Shown here: in pieces, positions 36,739 to 45,750 of the stretch
Position numbering within the stretch: position 1 is the first letter of the stretch
Layout of the letters: each line of letters starts with the position of its first letter
Origin: a virus
Virus record (IMG/VR): IMGVR_UViG_3300032893_000018
Coordinates: 29,898-93,897 of that record
Length of the DNA stretch: 64,000 nucleotides
Reading direction: 5' to 3' (one strand)
Notes under the pieces: model-generated
What the model was told of the DNA's origin: nothing
Databases searched by the model: none
What the model saw: only the letters and a program-made list of their open reading frames with translations
Translations under genes and position numbers: made by a program

Positions 36739-37320
36739 ATGCGCCTCGTCGCCCTCGCCGCCCTGGTGGCCGCCTGCTCGGGCCCGGCCTTCGAAGCCGG
36801 TGCCCTGCCGGCGGCTGACGCACCCGGAGCCGACACCGGGGCGGACGCAGCAGCCGCGGGCGGCGGGGCGCATATCCCACCCGAGGACGCCGGGACCGCC
36901 GCGGGCGGGCAACCGGGCGCGGGGGGTGCCGGGACGAGCGCAGGCGGGCGCGTAGCGTCGGCGGCGGGGGGTTCCAAGGACTTCGGTGCCGGCGGGTCGC
37001 CTGGTAATTCCCTCGTCGATGCCGGATCGGGAGGCGTTGCGTTTCTTGGATCCGGAGGAACCGGTACGGGTACAGGCGGCTCGTTCGGCACCGGAGGTGT
37101 CTCCGCGGCGGGCGGCGCACCAGGATCGGGTGGGTTCGTGCCCATCGATCTCGGCGACATCCTGACCAACCGCGGCGATTGCGCGCCGCAGCCGGACGGG
37201 TGCCATGTGGGGCTCGCGGCGGGGCAGCTCGTGGTGTGCTCGATGCCGGCGGGGCTTCGACTCGACCGGTGCCAGTCGGTGATCAACGCGCCGTTGTACA
37301 CGTGGTGCTGCACGCCGTGA
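36739..37320 (+). CDS. Myxobacterial-type Gly-rich lipoprotein
   Basis: LVAACSG lipobox, GGTG/GGAG linker, Cys-rich C-terminus. Confidence 0.7.
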   Translation: MRLVALAALVAACSGPAFEAGALPAADAPGADTGADAAAAGGGAHIPPEDAGTAAGGQPGAGGAGTSAGGRVASAAGGSKDFGAGGSPGNSLVDAGSGGVAFLGSGGTGTGTGGSFGTGGVSAAGGAPGSGGFVPIDLGDILTNRGDCAPQPDGCHVGLAAGQLVVCSMPAGLRLDRCQSVINAPLYTWCCTP

Positions 37321-37343
37321 GCAGGCGTTGTTATCTGCACCCG

Positions 37344-37592
37344 ATGGAATTCGAGCGGGTACCGCTGCCCGAGTGCGCGGTGTGCCACCGCCCCGTCGAC
37401 GAGCTCCGCACGTACCGCGACGACTGCACGTTCGAGTTCGTGGTGGTGGCCTTGTGCCACGGGAAGAAGGAGACCGTGCGCGTGCCCATGACCCTCATGC
37501 AAGAACGAGCGTGGGACGTGACCATGGGCCGCGTGTTCGAGCCCGCCGCAGCGGAGCTCGCGCCGCGAACCTCGCCGCGCCCTACTGACTGA
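37344..37592 (+). CDS. Small hypothetical protein
   Basis: CAVC...CHG. Confidence 0.55.
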   Translation: MEFERVPLPECAVCHRPVDELRTYRDDCTFEFVVVALCHGKKETVRVPMTLMQERAWDVTMGRVFEPAAAELAPRTSPRPTD

Positions 37593-37610
37593 CGGATTAC
37601 GGTAATCCGT
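37592..37610. promoter_or_regulatory. Palindrome copy 3 (ACGGATTAC-G-GTAATCCGT)
   Basis: Same 9-1-9 palindrome, upstream of ATG 37624. Confidence 0.75.
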
Positions 37611-37623
37611 GGGCGGGGCTACC

Positions 37624-38373
37624 ATGGGGAGCATGGCCGCACCCGAACCGAAGCCGCCCGCGCCCACGTCCCCGATCGGCGCCGCCGAGAAGATCATGGG
37701 CGGCGGGCAGCGGCCCTTCGGCGACGTGTGGGGCCCCGCGTCGCCGCCGATGCCGGACCTCGACCCGCGGGAGCACGCGCTGAACGCGCTCGCGCTGTTC
37801 GTGTCGCTGCTCACGTTCCGGCGGGAGGCGGGCCCGGGGCTGCCGCCGACGCCGTTCCGCGTGCCGTTGGAAAATATCTTCGTGTTCCAGCCCGACGACG
37901 TGCAGAACGCCGCGGCGCCGGTGCTCAACTCGATCGCGTTCCTCCCGGGCCGCGGCACTCACGAGCCGTACGGGCTCGGGCCGCCCGTCGAGCTCGACGA
38001 CACCGCCGACGTGTACCGCCCGCAGTCGGTGCTCGTGCGGAAGGGCGACTACACGGAGATCGTCGGCGTCGAGATCGTGGAGGCGAAGCACCAGTTCCGG
38101 CGCGCGGTCGTCGCGGGGTTGAAGGAGGCGTTCCGCCAGGGCGACGACTCCGGCGCGCTGAAGCTCCGGTGCGGGCGCGCGTACTTCGACCGCGTCGCGA
38201 CCTTCCGGCTCGACGAGTCGGAGTACATCGCCGACGACGATGTCGGGCTGAACCGCCGCCGTGCGCACCTGTACATCCTGATGCAGGTCCCCGAGGTGCA
38301 GCTCGTGTCGGCGGTGCGGCTCCAGCCGAAGGTGTCCGTCGAGGTCACGACCGCGACGGGTTCGGATCCCTGA
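37624..38373 (+). CDS. Putative tail terminator
   Basis: Position upstream of sheath. Confidence 0.5.
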   Translation: MGSMAAPEPKPPAPTSPIGAAEKIMGGGQRPFGDVWGPASPPMPDLDPREHALNALALFVSLLTFRREAGPGLPPTPFRVPLENIFVFQPDDVQNAAAPVLNSIAFLPGRGTHEPYGLGPPVELDDTADVYRPQSVLVRKGDYTEIVGVEIVEAKHQFRRAVVAGLKEAFRQGDDSGALKLRCGRAYFDRVATFRLDESEYIADDDVGLNRRRAHLYILMQVPEVQLVSAVRLQPKVSVEVTTATGSDP

Positions 38374-38668
38374 CCTTGCGCGGCCGGCGGCGCGGGCAGT
38401 CGTCCGCGTGTGGGCGCCTCGGTTCGGTGCGCCCGCACGTGCACACCTTGGGCGGCACCTTGCGGTCGCGGCGGTCTGGCGGTCGAGTGTCGTGCCGATG
38501 CATCTTGCACGTGTACCGGTATCCGCGGCGCGTCGTGCGGTCGCGGTGGAAGCATCGGAGCGGGTGGAACGAGCAGCACCACGTGCAGTAGAGCACCGTG
38601 ACCTTGCGCCCCGACCGATCGTGGGGCCCGACGCGGGTCACGAGCGCGACGGGGTTGTGGTCGTTCAT
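38345..38668 (-). CDS. Small zinc-binding protein (HNH/EndoVII N-terminal-like)
   Basis: CTWC..FHPL..FHRD..TRRGY...CK; GAGGAAGG SD. Confidence 0.5.
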   Translation of the reverse strand: MNDHNPVALVTRVGPHDRSGRKVTVLYCTWCCSFHPLRCFHRDRTTRRGYRYTCKMHRHDTRPPDRRDRKVPPKVCTCGRTEPRRPHADDCPRRRPRKVRDPNPSRS

Positions 38669-38854
38669 GCGCCCTTCCTCGACGGTCATGCCGCCGTCGG
38701 GCTCGACACCGGGAGGCCGGGTCGGCTACACCTATGGTCGACAGCACCGGCTGCCGACGGCTCCCGATTCCCGCGTTCCACCGCGCGGTCACAAGTGCAT
38801 GGTGGCGACCCACGACGGATCCGATCGACAGCACCCTCCGAAGGGATCGATCCA

Positions 38855-41404
38855 ATGGGCGCAGGTTTCGTTCGTCGGTACACCAGCCAGCAGCCGCTCG
38901 ACGTGCTCCTCGCGATCGAGGGCGTCGTCATCATCGACACGGAGCCGCCGAGCCAGCTCTCGGGGCTCGGCACCGGCGCGGTGTGCGAGGTCGGCGAGAT
39001 GGAGGACGGGCCGTTCAACACGCCCACCGAGGTCTTCTCCGGGCTCGACTATCTGCAGACGTTCGGCGGGTTCGGGTTCACCTACGGCGGCGTGCCGTCG
39101 TGCAACCCGTGCGCGCGGGCGCGGTACGCCGACGCGACGCTGACGCCTGAGTACTGGAACGGGAACGCGTTCATCGCGCTCGCGAAGAAGAAGTTCGCGC
39201 GGCTGTTCCTCGTGCGCGTCGACACGTCGGTCGGCGCCGTGAGGCTCCAGCGGCTGCCGCAGGTGACGGGCAACGCGAACCCGCTGTGGTCGCTCACGAA
39301 CAGCTACTCGGTGGAGGTGCAGCTCGACACGGCGGCGTTCGTCGGCGCGACGTTCACGGGCGCCGTCGCGGCGCTCACGTCCGCGGCGGGCACATACCCG
39401 ACGACGTTCACCGGCGGACAGTCGATGAACGTCACGATCGATGAGAACACCGATCAGCAGATCGGACCGGTCGACATCGTGTTCGAGTCCGGCGACCAGT
39501 CGCACGGGCAGGTGATCGCCCGCATCAACGCGACGCTCGGGTACACCGCGGCGACCGACGCTGGCGGCGGCGAGACGACGATCTCCGGGCGCGTGAAGGG
39601 CAAGCGCGGGTCGGTGATCGTGAACTCCGTGTCGGGCGCGATCGTCACGACGGCGACGGGTTTCTCCGCCGCGGAGGCGGACGGCACCGGCAACGTGAAC
39701 CAGCTGACGGAGGTGACCTTCCTCGAGGTGAAGTCCGTCATCGAGGCGGCCGTCACCGGCACGCGCGTCGAGCTCGACGACGCGGGCAACATCCGGATCG
39801 CGGCGACGTCCGCGTCGCGCATGGTCGTGCAGGACACGGGCGGCGTGTTCGGGTTCGTCGACGCGGGTGCCGACTTCGAGGTATCGCGCGCGTCCGACGG
39901 GTTCGCCGACCTCGTGTCGGAGGCGGGCAGCTACCCGACGAGCTTCGGCGGCGGCGAGTCGCTCACGCTCGGCTTCGACGTGAACCCCGACGTCGACATC
40001 GTGTTCACGTCGGGCGATCAGACTCGCGACCAGGTGATCGCGCGCATCAACTCGACGCTCGGCGCGACGTACGCGACGGCGGTCAGCACGGATCGGATCA
40101 AGCTCGCCGGACTCGTGAACGGCGGGCAGGTACGCGTCGTGTCGGCGACGAGCGGCGTGCTGACGACGCTCGGGCTGTCCGCGGGAGTTACCGAGTCGCA
40201 GGGCGTGAGCGACACGCCGATCCCGGCGGGCTTCCGCGTGCGCGACTCCGCGGCGCACGAGTGGGTGACGATGCAGACCTTGACGGTGCCGGTCACGAAC
40301 CCGGGCCCGTTCACGATCAAGGTGCGGCCGGGCACGGACGACGGCACGGCGCCGAGCGCGTCGGGCGCGGCCGTGACGGTGATGGTCAACTCGATCCCCG
40401 GGCTCGCGCTGTCGTGCACGAACCCGTCGAGCCTGTCGGCGGCGCTCACCGAGTCGCAGATCGACGCCGCGTACCAGGCCGCGATGGACACGACGCTGTC
40501 GATGTCGGCGGTCACGAAGGACACGGACATCATTCTCTCGGCGCGCCAGTCGAACGCGCTCCGCATCGCCGGGCGCCTGAACGCGCTGACCGCGTCGTTC
40601 TCGCTCCGCGGGCGCCGCTTCATCGCGCGGCCGCCGCTCGGCACGACGACGCGCGCGCAGGCGAAGAGCAATTCGCAGCCGGGCGTCGGCGTCCTGCGCG
40701 AGGAGCGCGTCTGGTACGCGTTCCCCGGCGTGCAGGTGAACATCCCGCAGATCGCCACGCGCGGCTCCGCGGGCGGCGCGGGGTTCACGGACAGCGGGAA
40801 CATCGACGTCGGGTTCGACGCGCCGATCGCGTCGACGGCGAGCCAGCTCGCGCCGGAGGAGAACCCCGGCCAGCTGACGGCGTTCATGGACTACGTGCTC
40901 GGCATCGAGGCCGGAAACCCCGACGTGCAGAACCTCCAGCTGGAGGACTACGAGTCGTTCCGCGCGAACGGCATCATGGCGCCGCGGGTCGACTCGGGCA
41001 CGTGCGTGATCCAGTCGGGCGTGTCGTCCGTCGACCCCGCGCAGCACCCGTCGCTCGTGCCGTGCACGCGGTCGCGGTTCGCCGACTACGTGTCGGACAC
41101 GCTCGCGCAGGGCGTGCTGCCGTACTCGAAGAAGCGTATGTCGCGGTCGAACCGCATCAGTGTGTTCGGCGTGTGCGACGGCTTCCTGAACACGCTCCTC
41201 TCGCCGCTGCAGCCCGACCAGTCGCGGATCGACTCGTACGCGCTCGACGCGAAGTCGGGGAACTCCGCGGCCGCGATGGAGGTGGGCGTGTTCCGCCTGC
41301 TCGTGCGCGTGAAGATGGACCCGGACATGCTCGACATCGTGCTCGACATGCAGGTCGGGCCGACGGTGAGCACGACCGGCGTGAACATCACGCAGACGCA
41401 GTGA
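38855..41404 (+). CDS. Contractile tail sheath protein
   Basis: EGVVIID, GEMEDGPFNTPTEV N-terminus; sheath-like C-terminus; followed by tube. Confidence 0.88.
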   Translation: MGAGFVRRYTSQQPLDVLLAIEGVVIIDTEPPSQLSGLGTGAVCEVGEMEDGPFNTPTEVFSGLDYLQTFGGFGFTYGGVPSCNPCARARYADATLTPEYWNGNAFIALAKKKFARLFLVRVDTSVGAVRLQRLPQVTGNANPLWSLTNSYSVEVQLDTAAFVGATFTGAVAALTSAAGTYPTTFTGGQSMNVTIDENTDQQIGPVDIVFESGDQSHGQVIARINATLGYTAATDAGGGETTISGRVKGKRGSVIVNSVSGAIVTTATGFSAAEADGTGNVNQLTEVTFLEVKSVIEAAVTGTRVELDDAGNIRIAATSASRMVVQDTGGVFGFVDAGADFEVSRASDGFADLVSEAGSYPTSFGGGESLTLGFDVNPDVDIVFTSGDQTRDQVIARINSTLGATYATAVSTDRIKLAGLVNGGQVRVVSATSGVLTTLGLSAGVTESQGVSDTPIPAGFRVRDSAAHEWVTMQTLTVPVTNPGPFTIKVRPGTDDGTAPSASGAAVTVMVNSIPGLALSCTNPSSLSAALTESQIDAAYQAAMDTTLSMSAVTKDTDIILSARQSNALRIAGRLNALTASFSLRGRRFIARPPLGTTTRAQAKSNSQPGVGVLREERVWYAFPGVQVNIPQIATRGSAGGAGFTDSGNIDVGFDAPIASTASQLAPEENPGQLTAFMDYVLGIEAGNPDVQNLQLEDYESFRANGIMAPRVDSGTCVIQSGVSSVDPAQHPSLVPCTRSRFADYVSDTLAQGVLPYSKKRMSRSNRISVFGVCDGFLNTLLSPLQPDQSRIDSYALDAKSGNSAAAMEVGVFRLLVRVKMDPDMLDIVLDMQVGPTVSTTGVNITQTQ

Positions 41405-41428
41405 CCCGACCCCGACGCGAGAGGAACC

Positions 41429-41872
41429 ATGGACCAAAGGATCAAAGGCCAGGAAGTCGGAATCCGCATCGTCACCGACGCGGTGACGGAGGCGTCGATC
41501 GACACCGTGAGCTCGTTCAACGACGCGGTCGCGCTCGAGCTGAAGGAGGCCGGCTACCTCGGCGAGGTCGTCAACCGGTTCGACGAGATCCTGAACGGGT
41601 TCGGCGGCGACATGGAGATCAACATCACGCGCGGCGACTGGGTGTTCTTGGTCCAGCGCATCGTCGACCGCGCGACGCGGAAGACGCCGAACACGGTGTT
41701 CAACGTCGTGCGCACGGACCTGTTCCCGAACGGCGACAGCGCCATCTTCGTGTACAGCGACGTGAAGTGGGGCGAGATCCCGACGACGGTCGCGAGCCGC
41801 GGCGACTACGTCAAGCCGAAGCTGCAGTTCAAGTGCAGCGACCGAGCGGTGAAGGTCAACGCGCTGCCCTGA
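41429..41872 (+). CDS. Tail tube protein
   Basis: 147 aa after sheath. Confidence 0.75.
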   Translation: MDQRIKGQEVGIRIVTDAVTEASIDTVSSFNDAVALELKEAGYLGEVVNRFDEILNGFGGDMEINITRGDWVFLVQRIVDRATRKTPNTVFNVVRTDLFPNGDSAIFVYSDVKWGEIPTTVASRGDYVKPKLQFKCSDRAVKVNALP

Positions 41873-41877
41873 GCGCG

Positions 41878-42000
41878 TGAAGGAGATCGTCGCCGGTCAC
41901 GCCTGGTCGAAGGGGCACATCCGACTCGTCGAGGTCCACCCTCCCTCGGCCCCCGGATCCTCCTCCCCGACGACGAGACGCGGCCGGCGACGGTCTTTCA
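41878..42000 (+). ncRNA. Structured intergenic RNA element
   Basis: GATCGTCGCCGGTC pairs with GGCCGGCGACGGTC (G-U pairs), closed by TGAAG/TTTCA; inner CTCGTCG/CGACGAG. Confidence 0.45.
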
Positions 42001-42024
42001 GTCGTGTGTGCAAAGGAGGACCGA

Positions 42025-42570
42025 GTGGAAGACCAGAGGAACGAGGAAGGGAAGCCCGAGGAGAAGAAGCCGCCCGCGCCGCTGTTGCGCGTGCCGCCGC
42101 CGCAGAAGGGAGGCGCGCCCGCGTGGGCGCTCGTGCCTCCGAACATCGCGCTGCCGTCGGCGCGCCCGGTGTTCTACCTGCGGTTCCCGTCCGCGATGAC
42201 GGACGACCCGCGCATCGGCAAGCCCGTGCCGTCGATGACGGACGAGGAGCTCAAGGCGTTCGGGTCGAGCGACGCGCTGTTCCGGCAGTGCATCATCTGG
42301 CCCGTGTCCGTCGGGGACAAGAAGCTCGCCGTGCAGCGCGCGATGGGCAACGAGGACCGGCTGCAGGACGAGCTCGCGAAGGGGATGATCCGCGCGGTCG
42401 ACGGCGTCGCGGTCGACGACTCGTCGGCGAACCTCGACGTGTGGTGGGAGTCCGTCGGCGAGCGAGTGCGGTCGCAGCTCCGCATCGTGTGGTTGCAGCT
42501 CCACCGGCCGACGCTCCAGGAGCAGCAGGTTTTTTTCGAGCTGTGCATCGAGGGAAGGTCGGCTGGCTGA
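42025..42570 (+). CDS. Tail assembly chaperone (G)
   Basis: AGGAGG SD and GTG; between tube and tape measure. Confidence 0.75.
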   Translation: MEDQRNEEGKPEEKKPPAPLLRVPPPQKGGAPAWALVPPNIALPSARPVFYLRFPSAMTDDPRIGKPVPSMTDEELKAFGSSDALFRQCIIWPVSVGDKKLAVQRAMGNEDRLQDELAKGMIRAVDGVAVDDSSANLDVWWESVGERVRSQLRIVWLQLHRPTLQEQQVFFELCIEGRSAG

Positions 42571-42881
42571 AGATCGGCGCGGACGGCGTCCCGCTCACGT
42601 GGGACGCCGTCGCGGCGCGACTGAAGTCGATCGGGTTCTGGCCGCCAGAGCCGCCCGCCTCGATGCCGACGCCCGGCGCGGCCGAGAGCATGCTTGCCGA
42701 CATCCGGTGGGCGGAGGCGTTCGTGTGCCGGTACATGGGCGGCAGCATGTACGCGACGATGCAGCAGTGGACCGACGAGGAGCTCGCCGGGTACATGGCG
42801 GCGCTCTACGACATCCGCCTGCTAGAGGTCGGGAAGCGCAAGGGCAACTCGTTCGACGACCCCGACGCTAAGTGGCAGTAA
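42531..42881 (+). CDS. Tail assembly chaperone GT extension via -1 frameshift
   Basis: In-frame slippery T TTT TTC at 42531-42537; -1 frame open to 42881. Confidence 0.8.
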   Translation, partial: FFRAVHRGKVGWLKIGADGVPLTWDAVAARLKSIGFWPPEPPASMPTPGAAESMLADIRWAEAFVCRYMGGSMYATMQQWTDEELAGYMAALYDIRLLEVGKRKGNSFDDPDAKWQ

Positions 42882-42890
42882 GCTCGGGCG

Positions 42891-44933
42891 ATGGCCGACT
42901 TCGACGTCCACGCGAGGATGACGCTGGAGGACGACGCGTCCCCGGGGCTCGGGCGCATCAAGCACGGGCTCGACGAGACGGGGGAGCGCGCGCATCACGC
43001 GGGCGAGGAGATGGGGTTCGCGGAGCACATGCTCTCGAACTTCGCCGCGATCGAGCTGTCGGGGGTGTTCGACCAGGTTCGCGAGACGGCGTCGGAGTTC
43101 ATCAAGGTCGCGGAGGAAGCGCAGACGGCGAACGAAGCGGTCGGCGCGCTGATCGCGGCGGTGCAGGACAAGGGGATCGGGGACGCGGTCGAGCAGGCGG
43201 GCGCACTCGGCGACGAGATGAACGAGGTAGCGATGCGGTCGCATCAGGCGGCCGGCGCGGTGAAGGGCGCGTTCGAGGGGATTCTGGAGATCACGGGCGC
43301 GACCGAACAAGGCATCGCGAAGGCGACCCACCAGGTCGAGGAGATGAGCCGCGTCGCGACGTTCCTCGGCAAGGACGTCGGCGCGATCAGCTCCGAGTTC
43401 GCGATGATGGAGGAGGGTGTGGTGCGCACGAAGGGGCAGCTCTTCCGCGTGCTGAACACCACCGGGATCTTCGGCGACAACATTCACAAGGCATCGGAGG
43501 GGTGGCAAAAGCTGACGGAGGAGGAGCGGGTGCGGCGGCTCGAGTACGCGCTGCAGAAGCTGAACGGCAACATCGCGGACGCGACGCCGACGTTCGCGCA
43601 GGCGAAGACGACGCTCGGCGACATCGTCGAGGTCATGCAGGAGAAGATGGGCGCGCCGGTGCTCGCGGCGATCACACCCGAGCTCGCGCACCTCGCCGAC
43701 GAGCTGAAGGCGGGGATCCCGACGATCGAGGAGTTCGGCAAGGAGATGTCGGTGGACGTCGCCAAGTGGGTGCACGAGGCGGGCGACGAGATCCAGCACG
43801 GGTTCGACTACATCCGCTCGCACGGCAAGGAGATCCACGACGACATCGTCGGCGCGGTCGAGGTGGTGAAGGACGTCGTCGACTTCATCATCTCGCACAA
43901 GGAGGAGATCGCGATCGCGTTCGGCGCGAAGGCGGCCGTCGGGCTCGCGGGCGGCGTCGCTCGGACGCTGGGCGAGTCGGGCCCGGGTCGCGCGGTGATC
44001 GGCGGTGCGGGGGCGCTGTACAACGCGGGCGCCGCGGGCGGCGGGTTCATGGGCGTCGGCGGCATGGCGGGCGGCGTGCAGGCACTCGGCGCGTTCGGCG
44101 CGGCCGCGGGCGCGTGGCTCCTCGCGGGCGAGCAGCTCGGCAAGCTCTACTCGGAGATGGAGGCGGACTCGCGGAAGGACTTCGACGCGATCAAGCGCGG
44201 GATGCAGGACATGACGTCGGAGTCCACGCAGTGGACGCAGACCGAGACGGACGCCTTCCACCGCATGCGGGACAACCTGATCGACGCGGCGGCGGCGCTC
44301 GGCGAGGACGCGGGCGCGGCGGCTCAGTACGCCGACTCGCTCGAGAAGCAGCACGGCTTCCACGCGAAGAACATGGCGATGGCCGAGTCGCTGAAGGCGA
44401 TGGCGGGCTCGTTCGAGGTGCTCGCGGCGGACGCGCAGTTCTCCGTCGACCACGCGAAGAACCAGGCGGAGGCCGCGGCCGCCGCGGCGGAGCAGGCTGC
44501 GTTCGGCGAGGGCACGGGCGCCGACGTCGTGAACCAGTTCGCGACGGGGTTCGAGGCGCTCCGGAACGCGCACGACCAGGCGGCGATGAACTACGTCGGC
44601 GGGCTGCTCGCGAACTCGAAGAACCTTACTGCGTCCTTCCTCGCGTCGGCGCAGCTGACCGACGAGGGGTGGAAGGCGCTCGCGGACTCTATCGAGTCGG
44701 GCGGGTCGCAGTTCAAGGACATCGCGCAGATGTTCCGCGACCAGATCAAGGGCGGCGCGGAGAAGCTGACGATGAAGCCGCCGAACTTCAACTTCTCGGG
44801 CAGCACGTTCAAGATCCAGCAGGACTTCCGCGACCAGGACCCGGACCGCGTCGCGCTGCAGTTCAAGGAAGACCTGACGCGCGAGGCGACGAACCGGCTC
44901 GGGTCGGGCTTCTCGACGCCGTTCGGCGCGTGA
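42891..44933 (+). CDS. Tape measure protein
   Basis: 680 aa helical, Ala-rich, after chaperones. Confidence 0.85.
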   Translation: MADFDVHARMTLEDDASPGLGRIKHGLDETGERAHHAGEEMGFAEHMLSNFAAIELSGVFDQVRETASEFIKVAEEAQTANEAVGALIAAVQDKGIGDAVEQAGALGDEMNEVAMRSHQAAGAVKGAFEGILEITGATEQGIAKATHQVEEMSRVATFLGKDVGAISSEFAMMEEGVVRTKGQLFRVLNTTGIFGDNIHKASEGWQKLTEEERVRRLEYALQKLNGNIADATPTFAQAKTTLGDIVEVMQEKMGAPVLAAITPELAHLADELKAGIPTIEEFGKEMSVDVAKWVHEAGDEIQHGFDYIRSHGKEIHDDIVGAVEVVKDVVDFIISHKEEIAIAFGAKAAVGLAGGVARTLGESGPGRAVIGGAGALYNAGAAGGGFMGVGGMAGGVQALGAFGAAAGAWLLAGEQLGKLYSEMEADSRKDFDAIKRGMQDMTSESTQWTQTETDAFHRMRDNLIDAAAALGEDAGAAAQYADSLEKQHGFHAKNMAMAESLKAMAGSFEVLAADAQFSVDHAKNQAEAAAAAAEQAAFGEGTGADVVNQFATGFEALRNAHDQAAMNYVGGLLANSKNLTASFLASAQLTDEGWKALADSIESGGSQFKDIAQMFRDQIKGGAEKLTMKPPNFNFSGSTFKIQQDFRDQDPDRVALQFKEDLTREATNRLGSGFSTPFGA

Positions 44934-44969
44934 TGATACGCTCCACGAGCAACACGGAGACCCCCGCAC

Positions 44970-45722
44970 ATGACCATGCCGATCCTCCCCGCGCTCGTGC
45001 CCGCCGAAGACTCCGACGGAGGCGACGAGGGCGCGCCGCAATCGCTGGCCGACTGCCTCGCGGCGCTGTCGCCGGACGCGCTGGAGCAGTTGCAGAAGGA
45101 GGCGGCGGACTCCGCTGCGGCGGGCGAGCTCGACGACTTCATGCCGAGCGGCGGTGGTGACGGCGAGGGCGGAGGCGACGGCGCCGACGATGCGGAAGCG
45201 CCGCCGGACTCCGTGCCGGCGAACGCAGCGCCGGCCGACGACGAGGAAGCGCCGCCGGACTCCGTGCCAGGTGGCGACGACGGCGACGAGGGGGCCGACG
45301 ACGGATCCGAGGACATCGCGCACGCGGTGCAGGAGGCCGGCATGGCGGCGGCCGAGTGCATGTCGATCGTCCAGCAGCTGCAGCGGATGGTGAAGGAAGC
45401 CGAGTCGCACGAGGACGCCGGCATGGACGTCGACTCGCTGGAGGATGCGCTGAAGGACGCGCAGAAGGCGCAGAAGGCGGCGGAGGACGCGCAGGAGGAC
45501 GCCGAGAAGGCGGCCGACGACGAGGACGCGTCAGGCGCGGCGGCGGCGTGCGAGGACGCGCAGGAGGCGCTGAAGGACGCGCAGGCGGCGATGCAGGCGG
45601 CGAAGGACGCCGTGCACGAGTCCGCGTCCGACGAGATCCCGGACGACCACGACGCGAAGAACGCGATGGCGATGTGGGCGCAGTCGGTGACCGGCAAGAA
45701 GCCGGGCGGCGGGAAGGACTGA
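44970..45722 (+). CDS. Highly acidic low-complexity protein
   Basis: Asp/Glu/Ala-rich; duplicated EAPPDSVP. Confidence 0.6.
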   Translation: MTMPILPALVPAEDSDGGDEGAPQSLADCLAALSPDALEQLQKEAADSAAAGELDDFMPSGGGDGEGGGDGADDAEAPPDSVPANAAPADDEEAPPDSVPGGDDGDEGADDGSEDIAHAVQEAGMAAAECMSIVQQLQRMVKEAESHEDAGMDVDSLEDALKDAQKAQKAAEDAQEDAEKAADDEDASGAAAACEDAQEALKDAQAAMQAAKDAVHESASDEIPDDHDAKNAMAMWAQSVTGKKPGGGKD

Positions 45723-45750
45723 CCGCGCGCCCGCGCGCTCGGGGCGCGCC

